A stretch of 64,000 nt of DNA from contig JAFSIW010000048.1 of the NCBI GenBank assembly GCA_017439545.1, forward strand, positions 33,244-97,243, written 5' to 3'. Both the position numbers and the translations under genes were made by a program. The notes under the pieces were generated by a model that was not told where the DNA came from, made no database searches, and saw only the letters and a list, made by a program, of their open reading frames with translations. This stretch comes from Clostridia bacterium (GTDB taxonomy: Bacteria > Bacillota > Clostridia > Oscillospirales > Acutalibacteraceae). Of the stretch, positions 19,894 through 28,479 are shown piece by piece. Position 1 is the first letter of the stretch. Every line of letters begins with the position of its first letter.

Positions 19894-21042
19894 GTGAAAT
19901 TATCCTTAGATATAGAACAATTCTGGAAAGACGAAGAAACTGCCCACAAGGACAACTGTTTTTCTAAAGAGTCCACCCAGGTAGCCCTGGGTATTCGCAT
20001 GAGTGACGAGTGTGTATTTGCCGAATTGGGCGAGGAAGGACAGCCCTGGGGCTACACACCCCCTGAACGCCGATACGACCTGAACTGCCGATATAATGAA
20101 AAGGCGATTCAAATTGTGGGGCGGCCGTTGCTGGCCGAAAACAGACCCCTCCCAAAAGGAGCGTCTACACCCCCTACCATTCCCAATTTTAAACAGATTG
20201 GCGAAGTGTTTGGCGGCGAGTATTGTTTTGACGGCAACACAACCTGGCTACGGGGCAAAATGGATGACGAAGACGACCTGGTCAAGCAATTGGATAAAGT
20301 GGATCAGCTCACCCGAGACGCCGAAGCTTTCCGAACTTTTATTTTGCCTGCCGATTGGGACGAGCGGTGCAAAGCGGTATATGAGACCACCGGTAAACGG
20401 CCGGGCATATTCGGCGGTATCCGAGGGCCGGTCACACTGGCGACCTCGGTGTTCGGAGTGGAAAATCTGATCTATTTGTATTATGACAATGAACCGTTGT
20501 TCACCCGATTCGCCGATACCATCGGGGACGTGGTACTGGCTTACGTGGATCTGTTTTTAAAGGAATCGGGCCATTCCCCCGATTACCACCATGGCTTTTC
20601 CTTTTGCGATGACGATTCCCAGTTGATGACCCCCGAAATGTACAAAGCTTTTGGGTACAGGGTGCTCAAGCGTGTGTTTGAAAAAACTGCCCCCGACCCA
20701 CAGGATTACCGGTATCAACATTCCGATTCCGCCATGGGCCATTTATTGCCGTTGCTGGCAGATTTTAACCTGACCGGCTGTAATTTCGGTCCTACGGTAA
20801 CGGTGGAGGAAATTCGTAAATATATGCCAACCACCCGCATTGACGGTCAGTTGGCTCCCTTCACCTTCATGAACAACGATGAGGACGCCATCATTGACGA
20901 AGTCAAACGGGATTGCTTGGCTGCCAAGAAAAATGATTTGCGTGGATTAAACCTTACCACCGCCGGTTCCATCAACAACGGCTCTCTGCTCTCCAGTATG
21001 CGGGTGGTCATGGCGGCCATTCAAAATTATGGACGGTATTAA
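19894..21042 (+). CDS. Uroporphyrinogen-decarboxylase-like (URO-D/MtaA-like) family protein
   Basis: Overall resemblance to URO-D-like proteins found in Clostridial sugar loci. I prefer GTG 19894 (VKLSLDIEQFWKDE...), which has a GAGGTG RBS 7 nt upstream, over the track start at 19819. The family call is by recall only. Confidence 0.55.
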   Translation: MKLSLDIEQFWKDEETAHKDNCFSKESTQVALGIRMSDECVFAELGEEGQPWGYTPPERRYDLNCRYNEKAIQIVGRPLLAENRPLPKGASTPPTIPNFKQIGEVFGGEYCFDGNTTWLRGKMDDEDDLVKQLDKVDQLTRDAEAFRTFILPADWDERCKAVYETTGKRPGIFGGIRGPVTLATSVFGVENLIYLYYDNEPLFTRFADTIGDVVLAYVDLFLKESGHSPDYHHGFSFCDDDSQLMTPEMYKAFGYRVLKRVFEKTAPDPQDYRYQHSDSAMGHLLPLLADFNLTGCNFGPTVTVEEIRKYMPTTRIDGQLAPFTFMNNDEDAIIDEVKRDCLAAKKNDLRGLNLTTAGSINNGSLLSSMRVVMAAIQNYGRY

Positions 21043-21054
21043 AAAATAATGATG

Positions 21055-21092
21055 GCCGACCCAATCTACTGTTTGGGTCGGCTGATTTTTTT
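21055..21092 (+). terminator. Rho-independent terminator
   Basis: Stem GCCGACCCAA / TTGGGTCGGC with an 8-nt loop, followed by TGATTTTTTT. Confidence 0.8.
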
Positions 21093-21105
21093 GTAAAAAC
21101 CGTTC

Positions 21106-21134
21106 TTGACAATCCCCCAAAGATGTGTTATTCT
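21106..21134 (+). promoter_or_regulatory. SigA-type promoter of dinB
   Basis: TTGACA (21106-21111), 17-nt spacer, TATTCT (21129-21134) with an upstream TG. Confidence 0.6.
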
Positions 21135-21136
21135 TT

Positions 21137-21156
21137 AAAAGAACAGATGTTCTTTT
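21137..21156 (+). promoter_or_regulatory. LexA operator (Firmicute SOS / Cheo box)
   Basis: AAAAGAACAGATGTTCTTTT contains GAAC-N4-GTTC (consensus CGAACRNRYGTTYG). It lies directly downstream of the -10 element and 13 nt before the dinB ATG. Confidence 0.8.
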
Positions 21157-21168
21157 AAGAGGGGTATT

Positions 21169-22395
21169 ATGGACGAGCGGGTTATTTTGCATTGTGATTT
21201 AAACAACTTTTTTGCATCGGTGGCATCCATCGGGCACCCCGAGCTGCGGGAAGTTCCCATGGCGGTGTGCGGCAGCATTGAGGAGCGGCACGGTATTGTG
21301 CTGGCAAACAATTATCCCGCCAAGGCGGCAGGCATCAAGACCGCTATGACGGTGGTGGAAGCCCTGCGGCTGTGTCCCCGTCTCATTTGCGTCAAGCCCG
21401 ATTATCGGGCATATATGGAATACTCCCGCAAGGTGCAGGAAATTTATGCCTGTTACACCGATCAGATCGAGCCATTTGGCATTGATGAATGCTGGTTGGA
21501 CGTTACCGGCAGTGAACGGTTGTTTGGCGACGGGCAAGAAATCGCCCACCGTTTGCGGGGCGAGGTGAAACGGAATTTTGATCTGACCATTTCGGTGGGA
21601 GTCAGTTTTTGCAAGGTAATGGCAAAGCTGGGGTCGGATATGAAAAAGCCGGACGCAGTCACCGCCATTGAAAAAGCCGATCTCCCCACCAAAGTGTGGC
21701 CGTTGCCGGTGGGAGATCTGTTCGGCATTGGGCGGCACACACGAGAAAAACTGTGTGATTTAGGCATTTACACCATTGGGCAATTGGCCAATACCGACCC
21801 CAACGTATTAAAAACAAAGTTTGGCAAAATCGGACTTCAGATGTGGCAATTTGCCAACGGCAAAGAAGTTTCTCCCGTTCGCAAATGGGGAGAATGCGAT
21901 CCGCCCAAAAGTGTCAGCCGCTCCACTACCTGCAAAGAAGATCTGACCAACGCTCGTCAGGTGCGGCAGGTGTTGGTGGGACTCACAGAACAGGTGTCGG
22001 CCGATTTGCGGCGGCACGGCTTTTATGCAGGTAAAATCTCGCTGTATTTTCGGGATAAAAATCTTGCCTGGTGCAGTCGGCAAAGCACCCTTGACCTGCC
22101 CACCCGTTTGGTCAAGCCCATGGTGGACACCGCCATGGCATTGTTGGAAGAAAACTGGTCGGGGATTCCGTTGCGGTCGGTGGGCATGGGAGCAAGTAAT
22201 CTGATTCCCCAAACCTCCCCCATACAAACGGGGCTGTTTTTTGATTTTGCCGATTTAGAACGCAAAGAGCGGTTAGAAGCCAAGGTAGACGAACTGCGGG
22301 ACAAAATGGGGCGGGACACGATCACCCGCGCTTCTCAACTGTTAGATCCCTTGCACGTAAAATTGGGATCCTCCTTTGGACATATACAATTTTAG
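21169..22395 (+). CDS. dinB: Y-family DNA polymerase IV
   Basis: ILHCDLNNFFASVA, GIDECWLDVTG and SVGVSFCKVMAKLGSDMKKPD are DinB/UmuC-family motifs. Confidence 0.92.
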   Translation: MDERVILHCDLNNFFASVASIGHPELREVPMAVCGSIEERHGIVLANNYPAKAAGIKTAMTVVEALRLCPRLICVKPDYRAYMEYSRKVQEIYACYTDQIEPFGIDECWLDVTGSERLFGDGQEIAHRLRGEVKRNFDLTISVGVSFCKVMAKLGSDMKKPDAVTAIEKADLPTKVWPLPVGDLFGIGRHTREKLCDLGIYTIGQLANTDPNVLKTKFGKIGLQMWQFANGKEVSPVRKWGECDPPKSVSRSTTCKEDLTNARQVRQVLVGLTEQVSADLRRHGFYAGKISLYFRDKNLAWCSRQSTLDLPTRLVKPMVDTAMALLEENWSGIPLRSVGMGASNLIPQTSPIQTGLFFDFADLERKERLEAKVDELRDKMGRDTITRASQLLDPLHVKLGSSFGHIQF

Positions 22396-22458
22396 GTTGA
22401 TTTCAAAGCCAAAACTTGGTATAGTAGGGTTAAGAACCCTTCAAAGGAGCAAACCGAT

Positions 22459-22947
22459 ATGAAACAACCCACCATTCACCCCACCGCTTGGGTGGCAGAC
22501 GGCGCCATCGTTAAGGGAGACGTGACCCTGCAAGAAAATGCCAACGTATGGTATAACGCCGTGATTCGGGCGGATGCCGCTCCCATTGTCATTGGCAAAA
22601 ACAGCAACGTGCAGGACTGTGCCGTATTGCACGTAGACAAAGAGTGTCCGTTAACCATCGGAGAAAACGTTACCGTAGGGCACGGCGCCATTTTGCACGG
22701 ATGCACGGTAGAAGAGGAAGTCCTGATCGGTATGGGTGCCATTGTGTTAAACGGTGCGGTCATTGGAGCAGGCTCCATTGTGGGCGCAGGCGCATTGGTC
22801 ACCGCAAATACCGTGTTGCCCGAAAATTCGCTGGCAGTGGGCAGTCCTGCTAAGGTGATTCGGCAGGTTTCCCCCGAACAACGAGCCGCTTCGGTAGAAA
22901 ATGCTTTGCAATACGTCAAAGAAGCGAAGGAGTACGCCAATCAATAA
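22459..22947 (+). CDS. Gamma-carbonic-anhydrase-like / hexapeptide-repeat (LbH) protein
   Basis: VKGDVTLQENANVWYNAVIRAD...VIGKNSNVQDCAVLHVD...GHGAILHGC matches the YrdA/PaaY-type left-handed beta-helix family. Confidence 0.85.
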   Translation: MKQPTIHPTAWVADGAIVKGDVTLQENANVWYNAVIRADAAPIVIGKNSNVQDCAVLHVDKECPLTIGENVTVGHGAILHGCTVEEEVLIGMGAIVLNGAVIGAGSIVGAGALVTANTVLPENSLAVGSPAKVIRQVSPEQRAASVENALQYVKEAKEYANQ

Positions 22948-22953
22948 ACCCAC

Positions 22954-22993
22954 AAAAAAGCTCTGTCGGTCAAAGGATCGACAGAGCTTTTTT
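22954..22993. terminator. Bidirectional rho-independent terminator
   Basis: Stem AGCTCTGTCG / CGACAGAGCT flanked by AAAAAA and TTTTT, between convergent genes. Confidence 0.8.
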
Positions 22994-22997
22994 ATGC

Positions 22998-24068
22998 TTA
23001 ATTGAGTTTTCCCAGAATGGATTGCATTTGCTCCCATTTTTCTTCTATATCCTGCACCAGTTTAAACTGGGTACGGCAACGGTCCAGATTTTGCCCGTCA
23101 TAATGCACGGCAAAATAACGGTCGCCGTCTAAATAGTCGGTCAAAAACCGCATTCCCAATTCCAGCGCAATGGTCTTAATGCTCAAGGGCATCAGCTCCC
23201 GTTCCAAATCGGTCAGATCGGGACAAGCCTCCAAATAGCCTTTGGTAAAGCTTTCATACATAGCAAGATCCAAAGCAACCTTGGTCAGGTCTTTTTCGTC
23301 TTCCGCGCCGGTGGAAGCTCCGCCGCGCACCGCATCGCCGTAATCAAACAGACTGAGTCCCGGCATAACGGTATCCAGATCCACCACGCACAAGGCGGTA
23401 CGGGTTTTGGCATCCAGCATCACGTTGTTGATCTTGGTATCGTTATGGGTTACCCGCAAGGGCAATTTTCCTTGACCCAGCAGGTTCATCAACGTGCCTG
23501 CCTCTTCTTCACGGGCAAGAACAAAATCGATCTCTGCCTGCACCTGTGACGCTCTGCCCAAAGGGTCGGCAGACAGCATCTCACGGAACAGCCGAATGCG
23601 ATTGGGGGTATTATGGAAGTCGGGAATGACCTCATATAAACTGTCGGCAGGGAAATCGTTGAGCATTTGGGCAAACCGACCGAACGCCACTGCGCATTGA
23701 TAAAAATCTTCGGGAGATTCGGGGCGTTGCAGGCAAATAGCGTCTTCCACAAAAGAGATCATCCGCCAGCAGGTGCCGTCCTCCCATTCACAGTAGGCCT
23801 GACCGTCCACCGTGGTGATCAAGCCCATTACGGTACGGGGATCCTCGGCTTTGTTTGCCAAAAAGGCGGTTACCGCCTGAATGTTCGCCATCAATTGGTC
23901 AATATTCTGAAACACGTGGCGATTCATTTGTTGCAGAATATACCGTTTACCGCAGTCGGTCAGCACAAGATAGGTCTGATTGATATGCCCTTCGCCGTAG
24001 GGCTCACAAGAGATTACAGTCCCCTCCACCGTAAAGCGGGACAGCAGAGTACACAAGGAATCGGTCAT
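22998..24068 (-). CDS. nahK: N-acetylhexosamine 1-kinase (NahK/LnpB-like, APH-fold kinase)
   Basis: The alignment with Bifidobacterium NahK is close along the whole length: EPYGEGHINQTYLV, RYILQQMN, LRVTHNDTKINNVMLD, DLDTVMPG, GMRFLTDYLDGD.YF, QFKLVQ. I prefer ATG 24068 (MTDSL...), which has a GGAG RBS. Confidence 0.85.
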   Translation of the reverse strand: MTDSLCTLLSRFTVEGTVISCEPYGEGHINQTYLVLTDCGKRYILQQMNRHVFQNIDQLMANIQAVTAFLANKAEDPRTVMGLITTVDGQAYCEWEDGTCWRMISFVEDAICLQRPESPEDFYQCAVAFGRFAQMLNDFPADSLYEVIPDFHNTPNRIRLFREMLSADPLGRASQVQAEIDFVLAREEEAGTLMNLLGQGKLPLRVTHNDTKINNVMLDAKTRTALCVVDLDTVMPGLSLFDYGDAVRGGASTGAEDEKDLTKVALDLAMYESFTKGYLEACPDLTDLERELMPLSIKTIALELGMRFLTDYLDGDRYFAVHYDGQNLDRCRTQFKLVQDIEEKWEQMQSILGKLN

Positions 24069-24203
24069 AATAAACTCCATTTCAAACAAAATACAGCATC
24101 ATTATAATTCTTGTGACGAAATTTGTCAACACCGTTGCTGTTTTTGTCTGCTCTTGCAATCAAGGCGGGGGTGTGTTATACTAAACCAAAGGCGGTGAGA
24201 GCA

Positions 24204-24980
24204 ATGCGCATTACCTGTTTAGCAGAAAACACGTCCCACAAAGAAGGCATACAAGCGGAGCACGGGCTTTCGCTATACATTGAGACCCAAACCCACGCCA
24301 TCTTATTTGATATGGGGCAAAGTGATTTGTTTATTCAAAACGCCGAAGCCTTGGACATTGACCTGCGGGGCGTGGATCTGGCGGTGCTCTCTCACGGGCA
24401 TTACGATCACGGCGGCGGGCTGTCTGCCTTTTTGTCGGTCAATCAAACCGCGCCCGTTTACGTGAGTCCCTATGCCTTTGAGCCCCACTACAACGCCGAG
24501 GGCAAGTACATCGGGCTGGACCCTTCTCTGTCACAGCACCCTCGCTTGATACAAACCGATGAGGAATTGGTCATCGACTCAACCCTGACGCTATACCATT
24601 GCAACCAAAAGCCCCTCCCCTACCAAGCGGATTGCGGCGGAATGACGGTGGAAAGAGCAGGAGAACGGTGTTCGGACGATTTTCGTCACGAGCAATATCT
24701 GCTGATTCAGGAGGAGGGCAAAACCGTCCTCATCAGCGGGTGCTCTCACAAGGGGATTCTCAACATAGCAACCTGGTTTACACCGCAGGTATTGGTAGGC
24801 GGCTTTCATTGGATGAAGCACCCATTGGACGAAGCGCTCACCGAAACCGCAGCCCGACTCAACCAATACGATACGGTATTTTATACCGGTCATTGCACCG
24901 GCACGGCACAGTTTGAGTGGGTGCAAGACAAGATGGAACGGCTGTTTTATTTATCCGCCGGCGAGACCGTGGAATTATAA
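24204..24980 (+). CDS. MBL-fold metallo-hydrolase
   Basis: It carries the HxHxDH-type motif LSHGHYDHGGGL. MRITCLAENTSHKEG...HGLSLYIE is typical of a conserved MBL subfamily. ATG is at 24204. Confidence 0.8.
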   Translation: MRITCLAENTSHKEGIQAEHGLSLYIETQTHAILFDMGQSDLFIQNAEALDIDLRGVDLAVLSHGHYDHGGGLSAFLSVNQTAPVYVSPYAFEPHYNAEGKYIGLDPSLSQHPRLIQTDEELVIDSTLTLYHCNQKPLPYQADCGGMTVERAGERCSDDFRHEQYLLIQEEGKTVLISGCSHKGILNIATWFTPQVLVGGFHWMKHPLDEALTETAARLNQYDTVFYTGHCTGTAQFEWVQDKMERLFYLSAGETVEL

Positions 24981-24994
24981 GGAGGAAGCATGCA

Positions 24995-25477
24995 ATGAAA
25001 AAAGGACATATTGTTTTGATCGTTGTGATCTCGGTTTGTACCGCCCTCACGATTACGGCGATTGCGCCCATCGTTCTGTTTTTTGGCGGTAGTCTTTGGG
25101 ACGTCTGGTACGGCTATGACGGCAGTAAGGCGGAAATTGAAATCGACAGTTATCGCTTGTGTGAAAGTGTGAACGGCGACGATATCATCATTGTAAAGTA
25201 TTGGCTGAAAAACGACGGCAAAGAGCCTACCGCTCTGTATTATGAGGGTGATTTCAGCGTGTATCAAAACGGAATCGGTCTGAATGAATACGTAGATGAG
25301 TTGCCTGCGGAATGTGATTATGATACCGAAGATCAATACCGCAATATCAAAGGCGGCGCTGCATATTATGCCGAAATCGCCTACAAGCTGGAGTTCCCCG
25401 ACTGTGACGTGGAGGTTGAGGTTATAGACTACGACTTTTTTAACAAAACCAAGGTGAAAACCTTTACCATTCAGTAG
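24995..25477 (+). CDS. Membrane-anchored extracytoplasmic protein (DUF4352/DUF5067-like)
   Basis: MKKGHIVLIVVISVCTALTITAIAPIVLFF is an N-terminal TM anchor. ATG 24995 follows an AAGGAGGAA RBS. The domain call is by pattern only. Confidence 0.6.
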   Translation: MKKGHIVLIVVISVCTALTITAIAPIVLFFGGSLWDVWYGYDGSKAEIEIDSYRLCESVNGDDIIIVKYWLKNDGKEPTALYYEGDFSVYQNGIGLNEYVDELPAECDYDTEDQYRNIKGGAAYYAEIAYKLEFPDCDVEVEVIDYDFFNKTKVKTFTIQ

Positions 25478-25497
25478 CATTTATGAAAGAGGAAACC

Positions 25498-25527
25498 AAA
25501 AAAGCACTGCTCACGCAGTGCTTTTTT
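25498..25527. terminator. Bidirectional terminator (membrane protein gene / tRNA-Leu)
   Basis: AAAAAA-GCACTGC-TCAC-GCAGTGC-TTTTTT. Confidence 0.75.
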
Positions 25528-25529
25528 GG

Positions 25530-25616
25530 TGGTGCTGGTGACCGGGGTCGAACCGGTACGATGTTGCCATCACGGGATTTTAAGTCCCGGGCGTCTGCCT
25601 ATTCCGCCACACCAGC
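25530..25616 (-). tRNA. tRNA-Leu (anticodon UAA), class II with long variable arm, CCA encoded
   Basis: Minus strand reads GCTGGTG-TG-GCG..CGC-C-CGGGA-CTTAAAA-TCCCG-(variable arm)-ACCGG-TTCGACC-CCGGT-CACCAGC-ACCA. I folded the cloverleaf by hand. The anticodon loop is CU-UAA-AA. Confidence 0.92.
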
Positions 25617-25847
25617 ATATTTAGTTTTATTAGGGTTGTTTCAGTTTAGAGCGTCTACCCTTTTTCTCCGACGCCCCGGGCGAGACTCTTGCGGTGCCCG
25701 AAAAAACCTGCGGGTGCTTCGCACTTTTCCTTGGTTTTTTCGACCGCGGCGCCAACACAATTCTCGCTGCATCCGCCACCGGCGGCGCTCGATTGTGTTG
25801 CTGCCTATTCCGCCACACCAGCATATTTAGTTTTATTAGGGTTGTTT
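25595..25847 (-). repeat. 47-bp direct repeat (tRNA-Leu nt 1-22 plus 25 nt of its leader) bracketing a 159-bp GC-rich structured insert
   Basis: CTGCCTATTCCGCCACACCAGCATATTTAGTTTTATTAGGGTTGTTT is identical at 25595-25641 and 25801-25847. The insert (25642-25800) contains long stems, for example CGAAAAAACC/GGTTTTTTCG and CAACACAAT/ATTGTGTTG. Confidence 0.85.
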
Positions 25848-26016
25848 TTCCTCTTTCCAAAAAGCTGACGGCTTTTCGGGAGTCCTATCTTATCAACCAC
25901 TGATAAATGCTCCCATGAATCAGAGCACCTATCTATGGTCACAACAACCGAACGGGACTATTATATCCCATTCGGTTGTTTGTGTCAAGGGATTTCTTGG
26001 GGAAATTTTCTCTCAC

Positions 26017-27069
26017 CTATCCGTCAACCACGGCCAGAAAATACAAGCCGCTCAGGTTGGCATAATCCTCATACGTAACGCCGGTAATGGCAGGCAAGGT
26101 GAGTTTCACCTGCATTGATGCAGGATCGGCGGCATTGATCTTGGCAAAATCCACCGTTCCGTCCAACGTGATCTCTGAGATGCTGCCAATCACGCTTTGA
26201 GCACCCTTCACGGTCACGGTATTCACCGCTTTTTGATTCTGGGCATCTCCGTCGGTCACCGCATACAAGGTCACTTTCGGCATTCTGGCAGGCGCATTGG
26301 CATATTGCATCTTCAGCGGCACTTCCTTGCACAGATTAACCGCCGCCACAACCTCTGTCTTATCATAGGAGAAGGTGGTGTATTGTAACGAGGAGACCCC
26401 GGTGTTAGCATCATACAGTGCGAGTCCCGTAGGATCGTATGCCACCAAGCCTGCCGAATAGGTTTCGGATTGGGTCAGTTCTTTCTCCACCTCGGCAATA
26501 GCAACCACGTAAGAAATACGACGCACCTCGCTTTCAGGACCGGTAACAGTTACCACCTTATTGGCGGAATCGACAAAGGTCGGCTCTAACACCAGAGATT
26601 CTTTACTGTTTTTCGTTTCAGGCACGGTAGCACCCAGACAATCGATCGCCACATTATATTCCAGTTGCTTTTCCACGTCGATCATCACGTTAATGGTAGA
26701 GGGAGAAACCGAAACCACCGTATAGTCACCGCCCACGGTCTTCTTACGGGCTTTCAATTCCAGAGTATAAATACCGCTTCCCTTGACCGAATCGGTCACG
26801 GCGCTGACCACGACCGAATCGGCGCTCAGCTGCTCAACCACATATTTTTTACCGCTTACATCAACGTTAGCCATCAATTCGGTCTTGCTGTATGCCTTAT
26901 ATCCCATACTTTCATCCGAAAAAGAGATCTCAATGGGAATTTGAGACAAGGTACGACCGGTCTGAGGGCTGTAAACAATGGACACCACAAACCAGATGAT
27001 GATCGACAGCACCAAAGAAAAGACCATAATAAAGCGGTTATTATTAAACAGTTTGGTTAACTTATTCAT
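26017..27069 (-). CDS. cdaR: CdaR (YbbR-domain regulator of diadenylate cyclase)
   Basis: It has an N-terminal TM segment (FIMVFSLVLSIIIWFVV) followed by repeated beta-rich YbbR-like segments. ATG 27069 overlaps the cdaA stop (ATGA). The position after cdaA is canonical. Confidence 0.8.
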   Translation of the reverse strand: MNKLTKLFNNNRFIMVFSLVLSIIIWFVVSIVYSPQTGRTLSQIPIEISFSDESMGYKAYSKTELMANVDVSGKKYVVEQLSADSVVVSAVTDSVKGSGIYTLELKARKKTVGGDYTVVSVSPSTINVMIDVEKQLEYNVAIDCLGATVPETKNSKESLVLEPTFVDSANKVVTVTGPESEVRRISYVVAIAEVEKELTQSETYSAGLVAYDPTGLALYDANTGVSSLQYTTFSYDKTEVVAAVNLCKEVPLKMQYANAPARMPKVTLYAVTDGDAQNQKAVNTVTVKGAQSVIGSISEITLDGTVDFAKINAADPASMQVKLTLPAITGVTYEDYANLSGLYFLAVVDG

Positions 27070-27938
27070 TTTGACCACCTTTTCCACACTTTGATCTTGC
27101 TTTCGGTCTTCTTTTCAAAACGATCCCCGATCCACAAAGCTTCCAGCTCGGTCTTTAAGGTGATGGAATCAAAGCCCCGTTTAAGATTGCCCTTATAAGC
27201 CAACGAGATGGTGCCGGTTTCTTCGGACACCACCAACACGATAGCATCGGACATTTCGCTCATACCGATCGCCGCCCGATGGCGTGTACCCAATTCTCTG
27301 GAAAGTTCGGTATTTTGGGTGAGGGGCAAAATGCAGGAGGCGGCATACAACCGATTGTTACGGATGACAGCAGCACCATCATGCAAGGGAGATTTGGGAT
27401 AAAACACGTTACAAAGCAATTCTTTGGATACGGTAGCATCCACCAAACTGCCGGAATTCACCGCATCGTTTAATATGGTGGTCTGCTCCAACACAATGAG
27501 TGCGCCGGTTTTGGTTTCAGACATTGCGGTACAGGCTTTCACCAAACTATCTAACGTGTGGCGATATTGGTTTTCTTCCTCTTCCATAGCAATGGTTCGC
27601 CCCAACATACCCAGCTTACTCTTACCCAATTTTTCAAGCATCATACGAAGTTCAGGCTGGAACAATACGATCAAAGCGATCAGGCCGATCTCCCACACGA
27701 CCTCCAGTATCATCTTCATCATGGTCATTTCTAAAAAACTGACCCCGATGTAAGCAACCAACAAATAAATAACGCCCTTCATCAGCTGACCTGCGTGGGT
27801 CTCACGTACCAATTGAATGGCCTTATACAGCAAAAAGCTCAGCACGATAATATCCAGAATATCCCCAATAGAGATTCCGGTAATCACGCCAAGAAAGCTG
27901 TCCCATCCCTGCTCAAGCAGCGAAAGCACTCGATCCAT
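27066..27938 (-). CDS. cdaA: Diadenylate cyclase CdaA (c-di-AMP synthase)
   Basis: Three N-terminal TM helices are followed by a DAC domain: GALIVLE, LHDGAAVIRNNRLYAASCILPLT, GTRHRAAIGMSE. Confidence 0.92.
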   Translation of the reverse strand: MDRVLSLLEQGWDSFLGVITGISIGDILDIIVLSFLLYKAIQLVRETHAGQLMKGVIYLLVAYIGVSFLEMTMMKMILEVVWEIGLIALIVLFQPELRMMLEKLGKSKLGMLGRTIAMEEEENQYRHTLDSLVKACTAMSETKTGALIVLEQTTILNDAVNSGSLVDATVSKELLCNVFYPKSPLHDGAAVIRNNRLYAASCILPLTQNTELSRELGTRHRAAIGMSEMSDAIVLVVSEETGTISLAYKGNLKRGFDSITLKTELEALWIGDRFEKKTESKIKVWKRWSK

Positions 27939-28437
27939 TCCATCACCTGCTTCGTTTAATCTGTTACAATCTTATTTTACCATAAAATTCGGTAGAATCA
28001 ATAGATTTACGGTAAATTTTTTCCATGATTTTTGATTCTTTGCCGATTTTCAAAAAATGCACGATTCTTGATAAAAATTTATCGAATGGTTAACGATATT
28101 TTACTTAACATAAAAATTACATATTTTATGCATATACAAGAAGTAATCAACACTTTCAACATAGTTTTCAACACCCCGAATTTCATTGGTGTACAAGGCT
28201 TTTTCGAACTTTTCGACAAAAATTGTCGAATTGCGCGAATCAAATCACGGTTGAAAGAGTATAACGGTTACAAGTTTACATAATAGCAATTTTGGGAGAA
28301 TTGCCGAAAAATAATATTACAGAGAGTATACCCTCGATTTTCCTTGATTTTACCCCATTTTCTTGGTAAAAACGGATGGTTTTTCACATTCGGGCATGTC
28401 AACGGGGAATGTATGGTCGGTGTATAATATGCAAGAC

Positions 28438-28474
28438 AAAAAATCGTCCGTTCTTTGTTTCGCGAACGGGCGAT
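28438..28474 (-). terminator. Rho-independent terminator of mnmG
   Basis: Minus strand: ATCGCCCGTTC-(10 nt)-GAACGGACGAT followed by TTTTTT. Confidence 0.75.
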
Positions 28475-28479
28475 TTTCG

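Noticed and set aside
25595-25847. The 47-bp direct repeats at a tRNA gene read as attL/attR of an integrated element.
   Set aside because: Only 159 bp lie between the repeats. There is no integrase or other mobile-element gene nearby. The duplicated part is the 5' end of the tRNA rather than its 3' end.
25483-25860. Track ORFs 25483-25830 (+) and 25630-25860 (-) overlapping the tRNA-Leu locus.
   Set aside because: They run through a tRNA gene, a terminator and a duplicated tRNA fragment. Their products are Arg/Pro/Ser-rich, and there is no RBS.
28032-28283. An 83-aa + strand ORF in the AT-rich region upstream of cdaA.
   Set aside because: It has no Shine-Dalgarno sequence. Its composition is Ile/Asn/Phe/Lys-rich, as expected from translating AT-rich non-coding DNA. 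It lies antisense to the likely cdaA leader.
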